From the NCBI GenBank assembly GCA_965237675.1, contig OZ250150.1, forward strand, positions 3,104,001 to 3,168,000: a stretch of DNA of 64,000 nt, read 5' to 3'. The position numbers and the translations under genes were made by a program. Below are positions 27,955-37,682 of the stretch, piece by piece. The stretch is from Candidatus Latescibacterota bacterium. Its GTDB lineage: Bacteria; Latescibacterota; UBA2968; GCA-2709665. Below the pieces are notes generated by a model that did not search any database, was not told where the DNA came from, and saw only the letters and a program-made list of their open reading frames with translations. Numbering within the stretch: the stretch's first letter is position 1; each line of letters begins with the position of its first letter.

Positions 27955-28812
27955 TTATTCACTCCGGGAGTTCTCGTGGTTCGCGGCGGCGATTACCGGT
28001 GCGATTTTATCGGCGAACCGAATCTGGCTGTTGTCTTCGGGATCGTAGCCGATGACCTTCCGGGCGTTGGCGATGCTCCAGAAATTGTGGCTGTTTCCGC
28101 TGATACCGTAGAAAATCTGAAACGGGATGCCGTTTTCGTCTTCGATGTTCTCCGTCTCGATGCTCTTGATCAGCAGTTGGGTCTGGTCCCGGGCACTCAA
28201 ATAGGCCCCGAGGCCACGGTGCATCCGCTTCGGGTTTTCCGGGCTGAGGTTGTCGGCAACGTTTTCACGGGGGGCGCCGATGCGCAGTTGAATATTCTGA
28301 AGCTTCCGTCCGTTTCCGATTTTTCCCGCGGAGAAGGCGAACCCCAGCAATTCGTAGGCGGCCTTTGCCCAGCCGTAGAAGTTGTCGGATAGCGGCCGCA
28401 TGTCCGGCGTGACGAATTCCATGCCCCCGGACCAGATGAGGGTCTCGTAAAAATCGGCGGCGTGGTTGGAACTGATGACGACCACACGGCGGACGTTCTC
28501 TTCAAGGCAGGTCTGGTACACGTTGTACGCCATGGCGATGTTGTCGGCTTCGGCCCAGTATTGATCCTGCGGTTTTTTTGCACGGGTGAAGCCGCAGTGT
28601 ATCACCGCGTCCGCGCCCGTGAAATACTCCCTATACCGTTCCCGGTCCCGTTCGAGGAGGTCGGCCTGGACGATGCCCTCCACTTTATTGCCGTTTCTGT
28701 CCGTTTTGCGGACGTCCAGCAGGCCGAGGTTATAGCGCTCCCGGAGGGCAGGCAGACTTCGTCCCGCGATATATCCGGCCGCGCCGGTGACGACAACCCT
28801 GCGTTTCGCCAT
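27955..28812 (-). CDS. NAD-dependent epimerase/dehydratase
   Basis: VTGAAGYIA, SSNHA, YGWAK, LRIG. Confidence 0.85.
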   Translation of the reverse strand: MAKRRVVVTGAAGYIAGRSLPALRERYNLGLLDVRKTDRNGNKVEGIVQADLLERDRERYREYFTGADAVIHCGFTRAKKPQDQYWAEADNIAMAYNVYQTCLEENVRRVVVISSNHAADFYETLIWSGGMEFVTPDMRPLSDNFYGWAKAAYELLGFAFSAGKIGNGRKLQNIQLRIGAPRENVADNLSPENPKRMHRGLGAYLSARDQTQLLIKSIETENIEDENGIPFQIFYGISGNSHNFWSIANARKVIGYDPEDNSQIRFADKIAPVIAAANHENSRSE

Positions 28813-28823
28813 CGGAATTCCCT

Positions 28824-29585
28824 TTATGGTAGTGGAAAGGGCGTGGGGATTCTGGGGTGGTGCGTGTATCGGTTTTCGCCCCTGAGCAGGACGGGCTGCC
28901 AGGCCTGGCCGATCGAGTTTTCGTCGACCTGTCTGGCTTCCGGCGGGATAAACCGAACGGTAAGGCCGCAACGCCGCCGGTTCGAGGTATTGGGCATGCT
29001 CGCGTGGAAAAGCTGGCCGTGGTGCACGGAAACCTGGCCAGCGCTGAGTTCGAGGTCGATCGCGTGGCTGGTGTCCACGAGTTCGTCCGGGATTTCCTGG
29101 TTGATGCTCAGTAGATTACCCTCTCGCTCCGACGTACCGTGGGTGACGATCCCCCTCTTGTGGGAGCCGGGGATAACGCGCATGCAGCCGTTCTCCACGT
29201 CGCTGTCGTCGATGGCGATCCAGGCCGTATGCGCCAGAGGCGGCTTCAGACCCCAGTAGGTGATATCCTGGTGCCACGCCACGAAGTGTTTCTCGGATTT
29301 GCCGGGGTATTTGCAAAAAAAGTGTGTGGCCAGAAGAAGGATATCTCTACCCATGGCCTGTTCCATGACGTCGAGAATACGGGCGTCGGTGGAGAGCCTC
29401 CAGATGAATTCTTCTTCGAAATGGCGGGACTGGAGGCCGACCTGGCAGATTTCTCTGCCTTCTCTGGATTCGAGTTCGTCGAACTGCGCCCTGAATGCGC
29501 CGATCTCGGTTTCGGAGAAGACTTCGATTCGAGGCAGCACGCCATTGGCATCATAGTATTCGCTCAGGTTCTCGACGGCGGGCAT
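28824..29585 (-). CDS. PhyH-family dioxygenase
   Basis: WHQD, ENGCMRVIPGSH, HASMPN, RR. Confidence 0.9.
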   Translation of the reverse strand: MPAVENLSEYYDANGVLPRIEVFSETEIGAFRAQFDELESREGREICQVGLQSRHFEEEFIWRLSTDARILDVMEQAMGRDILLLATHFFCKYPGKSEKHFVAWHQDITYWGLKPPLAHTAWIAIDDSDVENGCMRVIPGSHKRGIVTHGTSEREGNLLSINQEIPDELVDTSHAIDLELSAGQVSVHHGQLFHASMPNTSNRRRCGLTVRFIPPEARQVDENSIGQAWQPVLLRGENRYTHHPRIPTPFPLP

Positions 29586-29805
29586 AGCGGAATCCCCGGT
29601 TTAATGCAAGAGCAGGTGGCGGATAATCTAAGGTGAATGACGCGCGGGTGCAACCTTTTTGGTGCCGGCGGCCGATCCGGCATGTGAAGATTGACAGGCA
29701 GGGCGTGGGTGAGTATCATGCGAACGGCGGAACCGCTTGCGGCGCGCTATCGTGCCCGGTTTCGATGCCGTGGCGCCAACTGTTTTCGATGATCGGAGGC
29801 CCGAA

Positions 29806-30918
29806 ATGAAAATCACCCGCGTAACCGCAATGGTGTTGCGCCTGCCCCAAGTCACCGATGCCTGCGACGGGACGCAGGATACCTGTTTGATCAAAGTCGA
29901 TACCGACGCCGGACTCACAGGCTGGGGGGAGGTGGATTCCTGTCCGACGGCCGTCAAGGCGATCGTGGATGCGCCGCTGTCGCACCAGATCTGCAACGGG
30001 CTTGGAAACGCGCTTTACGGCGAGGATCCACTGGCGGTGCAAGTATGTATGCATCGCATGATGGACGCGGCGAACTACTACGGCGGAGCGGGCGTGGGCC
30101 TGCACGCCATGGCGGGCATCAATCTGGCGCTCTGGGATATCGCGGGCAAAGCCTGTGACCTGCCGGTCTACCGGCTTCTGGGTGGACCCTTCCGGAAGCG
30201 TTTCCGGGCCTATTGTTCGATTCTGTTCGGAGATACGCCTGCTCAGACCGGAGAACTGGGGCGGAGGTTTGCAGGTGAGGGATTCACGGCGGTCAAATTC
30301 GGATGGGGGCCAATGGGACGGGACGAGGAGACCGATATCGCCCTGGTAAAGGAAGCTCGGCGCGGCGTGGGAGACGGGGTGGACGTGCTGATCGACGCGG
30401 GGCAGGTCTGGGATTGGAAGACAGCCCTGAAGCGAGCGTGCCAGTTCGCGGAGTTCCGCCCGTTCTGGCTTGAAGAGCCGCTTCATCCTGAAGACCTGCG
30501 TGGTTACGCCCGGCTGGCGGCGGAGAGCCCCCTACCCATCGCGGCGGGCGAAGCGGAAGCGCGTCTCGACGCTTTCGAGCGTCTGGTGTCGGATGGCGGA
30601 CTGGATTGGGTGCAGCCTGATCCCGGAAGGTGCGGCATTTCGACCATGGTGGAGGTGGGAAGGATGGCGCATCGCCACCACACCAGGGTGGTGAATCACA
30701 GCTTCAAGAGCGGGATTACGATTGCGGCGTCGCTTCATGCGCTCGCCGCGGTACCGGGCGGGGAGATGTTCGAGTATTGTATGTCGGAATCCCCGCTGCG
30801 CCACGAACTGACCCGCCAGCGCTTTGAAGTCGTCGACGGGTACGTCACCGTGCCCGAAGAAGCAGGACTGGGTGTGACGATCAACGAGGACACCGTGGCC
30901 AAGTACCGGGTGGCGTAA
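29806..30918 (+). CDS. Mandelate racemase/muconate lactonizing enzyme family protein
   Basis: GWGE, ALWDIAGK, KFGW, DAG, EEP, GE, QPD. Confidence 0.9.
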   Translation: MKITRVTAMVLRLPQVTDACDGTQDTCLIKVDTDAGLTGWGEVDSCPTAVKAIVDAPLSHQICNGLGNALYGEDPLAVQVCMHRMMDAANYYGGAGVGLHAMAGINLALWDIAGKACDLPVYRLLGGPFRKRFRAYCSILFGDTPAQTGELGRRFAGEGFTAVKFGWGPMGRDEETDIALVKEARRGVGDGVDVLIDAGQVWDWKTALKRACQFAEFRPFWLEEPLHPEDLRGYARLAAESPLPIAAGEAEARLDAFERLVSDGGLDWVQPDPGRCGISTMVEVGRMAHRHHTRVVNHSFKSGITIAASLHALAAVPGGEMFEYCMSESPLRHELTRQRFEVVDGYVTVPEEAGLGVTINEDTVAKYRVA

Positions 30919-30929
30919 AAAGCATCCGG

Positions 30930-31826
30930 TCACCCGCTGGAGGAACCCCGGTTTTCGTCCTGAAGTTCCCTGACGAACGCCGGGCTCAGGGCGCCCTGCC
31001 CGACCTCCGCGACAGGGCCCTTCATGGTAAGGCGGAATTCGGAGTCAACGGCGACGTGGAGGGCGCCGCCCGGAGCATTGACGGTTACCGGCGATTCCAC
31101 CAGCCCCAGGCGGACGGCGGCGCATGCCGCCGCGCAGGACGACGATCCGGATGCCTGTGTTTCTCCGGCGCCGCGCTCCCAGATGAGGATGAAGATTTCC
31201 TTCGGACCCGTGGGTACGGCCAGTTGCACGTTGATGCGATTGGGGAAGAGTTCGTGATTCTCCAGGGAGGGACCCAGGCTGAGCAGTTCATCGCGGGTCC
31301 ACGCCTGGTTCGAGGGTTTGAAGATAACACAGTGGGGGTTTCCCACGCTGACGCCGGTGAACTTCAGGTCGCGGCCGCCGGCGGTTATCGGACAATCGAT
31401 GAGTTCACCGGCCGCCAGCGTGCACGGGAGCTCGTCGGGAGTGAAGTCGGCCTGTCCCATCTCCACAGTTGCCACGCTGGCGTCGCCGTACCGGTCGATG
31501 TCAACCTGGATTGTCACAAGTCCGCCGGGGGTGTCTACGGTGAAGTTACGCTTCCGCGTCCGCCGGGTGGCGCGGAGGAACCGGGCGAAAATGCGAAGGC
31601 CATTGCCCGACTTTTCAGCTTCGCTGCCATCGGGGTTGAAAATGCGCAGGCCGAAGTCGGCGCCTGTTGCGGGTTCCAGGGTGAGGATGCCGTCACCGCC
31701 GAGGCCCCGGTTGCGGTCGCAGATATATCGGATATTTTCCGGAGTGAGTTCAAAGTCGAGTTGGGCCGGATCCATGACGATATAGTCATTGCCGAGACCG
31801 TGGCCCTTGTAAAAACCGTTCTTCAC
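30930..31826 (-). CDS. dapF: Diaminopimelate epimerase homologue (Ser instead of Cys at both catalytic sites)
   Basis: KGHGLGNDY, GGDG, NPDGSEAEKSGNG, GNPH, WERGAGETQASGS. Confidence 0.8.
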   Translation of the reverse strand: MKNGFYKGHGLGNDYIVMDPAQLDFELTPENIRYICDRNRGLGGDGILTLEPATGADFGLRIFNPDGSEAEKSGNGLRIFARFLRATRRTRKRNFTVDTPGGLVTIQVDIDRYGDASVATVEMGQADFTPDELPCTLAAGELIDCPITAGGRDLKFTGVSVGNPHCVIFKPSNQAWTRDELLSLGPSLENHELFPNRINVQLAVPTGPKEIFILIWERGAGETQASGSSSCAAACAAVRLGLVESPVTVNAPGGALHVAVDSEFRLTMKGPVAEVGQGALSPAFVRELQDENRGSSSG

Positions 31827-31903
31827 GAAACCTCCGGTTTACGTGTTCCGAACATCGAACGCCGGGGACGGAAACCGGCATATCCGATCTTTAGCCCCCT
31901 CCT

Positions 31904-32872
31904 CTACTTCCACACCAGCACGACGCCCATGGTCTCACCCAACCGCCTGTAAAGCATGTCAAAGGCTTCGGAGGCTTCCTGGAAGGGGAAGCGGTGGGTG
32001 ATCATCTCTTCGGCGCGAATCCTGTTTTCGGCAAGAAGCCGGAGGGCCCGGTCGGACCCCAGCGAGCGTTTGCCGCCGTCCGAATAGCCGCCGATGACGC
32101 GTCGACCCTGGATCTTCCCGGAGTCGAGGGGAAGCGGCTCGTCCTCATATAGGCCGATGACCTGGATGAGGCCCCTTCGTTTCACCATATCCTGCGCTTG
32201 TGCGAACGCGGCCGCGCCCGCGCGCCCGCCAACGGCCTCAACCACGACGTCGGCGCCCGCGCCGTCCGTCAGCCGTCGGATCGCCCGCACGGGATCTTCG
32301 CGGGATGCATCGACCACGTGGTCGGCCCCGAGGCGTTCGGCCAGATCGCACCTGAGGGGCAGCGCGTCGACCGCAATAACGCGGGGGTTCACGTCCGCGT
32401 TGAGGGCCTGCATGCAGATGGAGCCCACCAGACCCTGGCCGAGAATGACGACCGTGTTTTCCTTGCGGGCGTCGATTTCCCACATCCAGAGAACGGAACT
32501 GGTACCCAACGGCCAGAACGTCGCGGCTTCCGAGGAGACCGCGTCCGGAAGTTGCACAACCGGTTCTTTGTAGGGTGAGCCGACGACCTCGACAACCACG
32601 TATTCTGCGTGAGGCGCCAGCGCGGCGACGCGGTCTCCCACGGAGTACCCGTCCACGCGAGCGCCCACCCCCACGACGTCTCCAACGAGAGAATAACCCA
32701 TACGTTGGTGGTCGATGGCCTCCTCGCGGATGTACCGGCGCCAGATTTCCGAGCCCCGGCTGATCAGGCTGCATTCCGCCCGGATCAGGACCTGTGTGGC
32801 GGTGATCTCAGGAATTGGAACGTCTTCGATGACAATATTGTACTCGCCTTCCGGCTTTGCAACGCGTTTCAT
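31904..32872 (-). CDS. MDR-family (zinc-binding alcohol dehydrogenase-like) oxidoreductase
   Basis: SLISRGSE, GYSLVG, GQGLVG, GADVVVEAVG, ITHRF. Confidence 0.85.
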   Translation of the reverse strand: MKRVAKPEGEYNIVIEDVPIPEITATQVLIRAECSLISRGSEIWRRYIREEAIDHQRMGYSLVGDVVGVGARVDGYSVGDRVAALAPHAEYVVVEVVGSPYKEPVVQLPDAVSSEAATFWPLGTSSVLWMWEIDARKENTVVILGQGLVGSICMQALNADVNPRVIAVDALPLRCDLAERLGADHVVDASREDPVRAIRRLTDGAGADVVVEAVGGRAGAAAFAQAQDMVKRRGLIQVIGLYEDEPLPLDSGKIQGRRVIGGYSDGGKRSLGSDRALRLLAENRIRAEEMITHRFPFQEASEAFDMLYRRLGETMGVVLVWK

Positions 32873-32984
32873 GCTGGGCTTCCCGATTTTGAAATAGCGA
32901 ACAAGGTGGATGCGAACGTCTTGCGGACGCACGGAGCGACGCGTTTGCGGCGGCCCTTTTGGGTGGACACTTCGGAACTGACGG

Positions 32985-33722
32985 CTATTCCACGGGTGTG
33001 AGGTCCTGAATGTCGCGGCGATAGACCCACGTGCCCGTTTTTACGTAGTGGGTCGCAAAGGCCAGCCGGGGTCTGCGATCGGAGCGGTTTGCATAGGATC
33101 CGTGGATGGTTCTACCGGTAAAGAAGACACCGGACCCTCGCGGCACCGTAAGGTAAGTGAGTTCATCCGGGTGGACGTCTGCGACTTCGTGCGAGTGCAT
33201 GGTTTCCGACCATTCCCTTCCGTCAGGGCCGCGCATGGCATAATCCTTCACCCAGGAGGCGTGTTCACTGCTGTCTTTCGGGGGTCGGGTCTTTCGGAGC
33301 GGCGCCAGGTGGCTGCCCGCCGCGACGCAGAGACCGCCGTTGTTTCTGTCGGTGTCGCTCAGCGCGAGCCAGCATGCCATGAGGGTGCCCGGTTCGTTGC
33401 GGATATAGTGAGCGTCCTGGTGCAGCGCGATGCCGGCGCCGCCTCTCGGCGCTTTTGCCATGTACATGGTCTGAACGATCGTCGGGGGCCCGCCCAGCAG
33501 TTGGGCCGCGCTGCCCGCGACGCGAGGGTGCGACGCCAGAAAACGCCACTGCGGGTCCGCGGTGTGCCTGCGCAGGCCGAGTTCCAGGATTTCGGGAGGT
33601 TTCGTGGCAGCCTCGCATTCCAGAAAGGCGTCGATTTCAGGCCGGGTCAATAGATCCGGAACCTGGACGAAACCGTTTGCCCGATACGCCTCCACCTGTT
33701 CGGGTGTCAGGGAAAACCTCAT
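32985..33722 (-). CDS. PhyH-family dioxygenase
   Basis: LTPEQVEAYRANGF, LHQD, NGGL, GSH, HGS.AN.S..PR. Confidence 0.9.
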   Translation of the reverse strand: MRFSLTPEQVEAYRANGFVQVPDLLTRPEIDAFLECEAATKPPEILELGLRRHTADPQWRFLASHPRVAGSAAQLLGGPPTIVQTMYMAKAPRGGAGIALHQDAHYIRNEPGTLMACWLALSDTDRNNGGLCVAAGSHLAPLRKTRPPKDSSEHASWVKDYAMRGPDGREWSETMHSHEVADVHPDELTYLTVPRGSGVFFTGRTIHGSYANRSDRRPRLAFATHYVKTGTWVYRRDIQDLTPVE

Positions 33723-33735
33723 TGCGGCTTCCGCT

Positions 33736-34680
33736 TCAAGTGAGGTCGAATGGATTGGACCAGGCTTTCGTGCCGTCCGCTCCGAAGACCTCGAAACGGA
33801 CCCGGCGCGCGCCGGGACGCAGGGTGAAGGTGGCCCTCGTAAAGGGTTTCCCGGAATCTCTGTATTCGGTACCGAAGGTGTCGCAAATGGCGAAGATACA
33901 CCGGGATTCGGAGCATTCAACGGTGGCTTCCACCGCCATCCGCTCCCCGTCGGTCTTGCGGAGGCTGATGTTGTGAATTTCAGCGCCCGTGCTCGAATAG
34001 CTCGCACCCTGTTCCAGTGCGTTGACAATGGCCCGCGGGGACCGGTCTCTCACCCGTGCCATCGTCCAGCCCTGGTAAGTGTCCCGGTCATCGGACTCGA
34101 GGGCGTGAGAATCGTCGTTGGCCAGGGCGGGATACAGCCTGTTTCCGAGGTCCATCCAATCGTCCCAATGAACGCCGGATTCGCCCCGTCCCGCGCAGCG
34201 GCAGGTTGTGTTGAACACTTCCACGCCGGCCATTCCCGTAAGGGGCGCGGTGTCACGCAGGATGTTGACCGAGCTCCAGTAAGGGTGGGCCAGCCAGGTG
34301 ACGCCGCCCTGGTCCCGGACGGCGTCGATGACGTGCTGAGGCGGCATGTTCTCCGAGTCGATATCTTCGTGGATGTTCAAGCAGAGAAAATGGTGCTTCT
34401 GGCCGCCGAAGGGGTTGTCGGGATGCAGCTCGGCGCCCTGGATGAGCACAAAGTCATCCGGACAATCCACGGATTCGACCCGGGTGATTCTGCGGTGGTC
34501 CGAAAGGCAAAGGTAGTCGTATCCCTGGTTGACATAACCGTCGAGGCGTTCCTGTGGAGACGCTTTGCCATCGGAATTCGTCGTGTGGGAGTGGAGGTTG
34601 CCTTTCAGCCACACGTAACCGTCTTCGGATTTGAGGGTGAAGGGATTGACCACGTTGTGCCTCGGTGTGTTTTCAGCCAT
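33736..34680 (-). CDS. PHP-like metallohydrolase (CehA/McbA family)
   Basis: WLKGNLHSHTTNSDG, LSDH, AHPYW, DDSH, AWSNP. Confidence 0.85.
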   Translation of the reverse strand: MAENTPRHNVVNPFTLKSEDGYVWLKGNLHSHTTNSDGKASPQERLDGYVNQGYDYLCLSDHRRITRVESVDCPDDFVLIQGAELHPDNPFGGQKHHFLCLNIHEDIDSENMPPQHVIDAVRDQGGVTWLAHPYWSSVNILRDTAPLTGMAGVEVFNTTCRCAGRGESGVHWDDWMDLGNRLYPALANDDSHALESDDRDTYQGWTMARVRDRSPRAIVNALEQGASYSSTGAEIHNISLRKTDGERMAVEATVECSESRCIFAICDTFGTEYRDSGKPFTRATFTLRPGARRVRFEVFGADGTKAWSNPFDLT

Positions 34681-34744
34681 TGAATTTCTCCGGAAAAAAG
34701 CCGAACGATAGGATCGATACCGGCGCGGCGCTTGCGGGATCCTG

Positions 34745-35914
34745 TCAGGGCCTGCCGACAATGGACGGCAGGTTGGTTACGGGGCAGGCTCTCGGCCCCT
34801 TGACGGCATATCCCATGTCTTTTAGGATACAGCTGATCTGCGCTTCAAGCTTGAGCAGATATTCCTTCTCCTCGTTGCTCATGGCCTGGCGTGGCGGGCC
34901 GACGTCGAAACCCCGCACGGCCACGCCGGTTTTAAAGCCTTCCGGGAAGTTCACGCCCAGCAGCATGAGGTTGATGAGATCCAGAATGCGGTATTGCATG
35001 TTGCGTGCGTTTTCGAGATCGCCCGCCAGGGTTTTTTCGTAGATGTCCACGATGACTTCGGGAACGATGCCGGATGTCGCGATCGTGCCGCCGCTGGCGC
35101 CCATCATGATGGAGGGACAGAGGATTTCTTCACAACCCACAAGGACCACGTAGTCCGGGCGCTGTGCGCGAAGCCGGTGCATGGTGTTGATCAGCCGCGG
35201 CATGTCCCGGCTGGAGTCTTTGGTACCCATAATGCGTTCGAACGGCAGCAACCGTTCCATGATGTCCAGCGTGAGTTCCTGCGTGAACTGGGGGATATTG
35301 TAGAGGAGAACGTCGAGAGGCGTCTGTCTGGCGATTTCGGCGAAGTATTCGAAGAGACTCGTGTCGGAAATTTCGTAATAATAGGGGGGTACAAGAGAGA
35401 TGACGTCGACGTCGATGCCGGCGTAGTATTCGCTCATATTGAGCACGTCGCGGAGGTTTGCTTCACTCGCGCCGGCCAGAACCGGCACCCGCCCCTGGTT
35501 GACGTTTGTGACAACGCGCACCACTTCTTTGCGCTCGTCTCTGGACAGGCGCACGAATTCGCCCGTGCTGCCATTGGGATATAACCCGTGGATGCCGGCC
35601 TCGATGAGCCAGTTGACGTAACGCTCCATTTCCCCGTAGTTGATGCGATCGTTGCGGTCGAAGATGACGATGTTGGGACAGAAGATGCCTTTGAATTCCT
35701 TTTTTGCGGCAGGGTTGCGATGCCGGGACGGCACCGAAGTCCGCGAACCGGCGGGCGCGGCGTCTTTCCTTGTCACCTCCACGCGGTTGGCCGCCAGGTA
35801 GTCCAGCGCCAGCGGCGTCAGCTTTGCCCGCGGGCAGATTTCGACCTCACGCTGCGTGCCAAGTTTCTCCTTGAGTAGCTGTTCGGTAACAACCGGATCG
35901 TCAATACGGATCAT
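34745..35914 (-). CDS. Dihydrodipicolinate synthase-family (class I) aldolase with an N-terminal EutT/EutQ-like BMC-associated domain
   Basis: NGSTGEF, PPYY, LYNIP, GTKDSS; N-terminal VVTEQLL...AKLTPLALDYL. Confidence 0.85.
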   Translation of the reverse strand: MIRIDDPVVTEQLLKEKLGTQREVEICPRAKLTPLALDYLAANRVEVTRKDAAPAGSRTSVPSRHRNPAAKKEFKGIFCPNIVIFDRNDRINYGEMERYVNWLIEAGIHGLYPNGSTGEFVRLSRDERKEVVRVVTNVNQGRVPVLAGASEANLRDVLNMSEYYAGIDVDVISLVPPYYYEISDTSLFEYFAEIARQTPLDVLLYNIPQFTQELTLDIMERLLPFERIMGTKDSSRDMPRLINTMHRLRAQRPDYVVLVGCEEILCPSIMMGASGGTIATSGIVPEVIVDIYEKTLAGDLENARNMQYRILDLINLMLLGVNFPEGFKTGVAVRGFDVGPPRQAMSNEEKEYLLKLEAQISCILKDMGYAVKGPRACPVTNLPSIVGRP

Positions 35915-35954
35915 TGATTTCCTCGGGAGCGGGACAGAGACATCCGGCGGCCGG

Positions 35955-37115
35955 TCAGTGAATCAAGCGTTCTTCCAGGGCACGAAAGGGATGGGGGATG
36001 AGATGGGCGGACACCAGTTCTCCATATTTCTCGGCTTCCGTGGCGCCGACTCTCAGCGCCGTGCGCACCGCGCCGACGTCTCCCCGGACAACGCTTGCAG
36101 TGAGAAAGTAACCCACCTTGTACCGTCCCTCGTATTCCACGTCTGCGGATTTCAGCATCTGATCCACCGCCTTGACCAGGGCGACGGTGCTGCGCGTTTC
36201 GATCAGCCCCATCGCCTGATTCCGGCTCACGGGTCTCCTGGCGTCGCCGCAGCCAAAACAGGCCAGAATTTCGGACGATGGACGGGAAACGACGCAGGAT
36301 GCATTCAGTTCCCCGGCCTCCCGGGCGCCGTCGACGCCGGCATGGACGGCCGCCTGAACCGCGTCCAGGGTGCCCTTGACGAGCGCGTCTACTCGACCTC
36401 CGCTGGCGATTACGAGGCGCACGAGGTCCACGTCGACCGCTTTGACCATCGCGTCGCAACCGCCGACTGCGGACGCATAACCCGTCGTTTCCAGTATGCC
36501 CAGCGCGCCGACGTCGGTCTCGGGCGCGTTCGTTATCGGTGTGAAGGGAAGCAGGAGAGCGACGCCCGCTTCGGGGCTCGGAATGTCCAGGGCGGCGAAA
36601 ACTTCTCCAACCTCACTCGCACACGCTTTGCCGGCCTGCACCGCGGTCCGGACCGACGATATATCGCCCCTTACCACAAGATGAACCAGAGCGCCGCCGA
36701 TGGATGTCCAGCCGGCAACCTGGACGGGCGCGCTTTTGATCATGGCGTCCGCGCCGCGGATGAGGGGTACCATGCCGCGGGTTTCCAGAATCCCCAACGC
36801 CAGGGGTCCGACGGGCCTTGTCGAGGGTGCGGCCATCCTGTGTGGCATGGGTTCCAGGGCGCGTACATCAGGACCCGGGATGACATCGGCGGTAACCAGT
36901 TCGCCGTGGTTTTCGGCCTCGGTTCTCCCTATTCGGACCGCGGCCTCTACATCCGAAACGGCGCCTTCAACGACGACGGTTACCCAACCGGAACCGACGC
37001 CGTGTCGTCCGAGAACCCTCACGTCCACGGTCTTCAGCATGGCGTCCAGGGCCGCGATGAGCGCGGCCATGCCGCGGGTTTCCAGAATCCCCATGGCATG
37101 ATTTCGTGCGTTCAC
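35955..37115 (-). CDS. BMC shell protein with four tandem BMC domains
   Basis: Four copies of A(M/L)G(I/L)xET...DxMxK...G...V..A...G...P.P. Confidence 0.9.
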   Translation of the reverse strand: MNARNHAMGILETRGMAALIAALDAMLKTVDVRVLGRHGVGSGWVTVVVEGAVSDVEAAVRIGRTEAENHGELVTADVIPGPDVRALEPMPHRMAAPSTRPVGPLALGILETRGMVPLIRGADAMIKSAPVQVAGWTSIGGALVHLVVRGDISSVRTAVQAGKACASEVGEVFAALDIPSPEAGVALLLPFTPITNAPETDVGALGILETTGYASAVGGCDAMVKAVDVDLVRLVIASGGRVDALVKGTLDAVQAAVHAGVDGAREAGELNASCVVSRPSSEILACFGCGDARRPVSRNQAMGLIETRSTVALVKAVDQMLKSADVEYEGRYKVGYFLTASVVRGDVGAVRTALRVGATEAEKYGELVSAHLIPHPFRALEERLIH

Positions 37116-37124
37116 GGCAGCCGC

Positions 37125-37682
37125 TCAGGGGCCGAATGCCCGGAGGACTTCGGGCAAGGGTTGAGGGATCAGTGCGTCACAGAGGAAGTTTTCCCCGGAT
37201 TCAACGCACGCGCGACCGACGGGCAGGGCTTCGCTCACGGAGGCCACGTCCCCCAGAATAAGGGAGCAGACCACCCGGTTGTGCACGGTGAGCACGTTAT
37301 AGACCCGGACGTCGGCGGCCTTGACCATGCGGTCGTTGGCGGTGACGTGCACGCCGTATCCCCTGGTTTCGATCAGACCCAATGCGCCGGACGGTGTACG
37401 CCGTTCCGGGGCGCCGGGAATCGAGACGTATTCCCGGCAAACGGGTTCGGGTTGTGTCATCGGCGCCGCTACCACGTGGCTCACGACCTCTCTGGCCGCC
37501 TTTTCGCCGCTCTTCAGCGCCGTTGCGACTCTGCTTATGGATCCACCCAAGAAAACGGTGGTGAATCCGCCGATGGATTCCCAACCCAAAAGGTCCACGC
37601 CGGCGGTTTTACAGGCGGCATCCGACGCGAGAATAATGCCGGCGACGCCTTCGACTTCGATCATGCCGATTGCGGCTGACAT
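37125..37682 (-). CDS. BMC shell protein with two tandem BMC domains
   Basis: AIGMIEVEG...DAACK and ALGLIETRG...DRMVK, ending IPQP. Confidence 0.9.
   Translation of the reverse strand: MSAAIGMIEVEGVAGIILASDAACKTAGVDLLGWESIGGFTTVFLGGSISRVATALKSGEKAAREVVSHVVAAPMTQPEPVCREYVSIPGAPERRTPSGALGLIETRGYGVHVTANDRMVKAADVRVYNVLTVHNRVVCSLILGDVASVSEALPVGRACVESGENFLCDALIPQPLPEVLRAFGP

Noticed and set aside
35856-37679. 607-aa plus-strand ORF over the BMC genes
   Set aside because: Antisense shadow of clear BMC genes in GC-rich DNA; no recognisable motifs.
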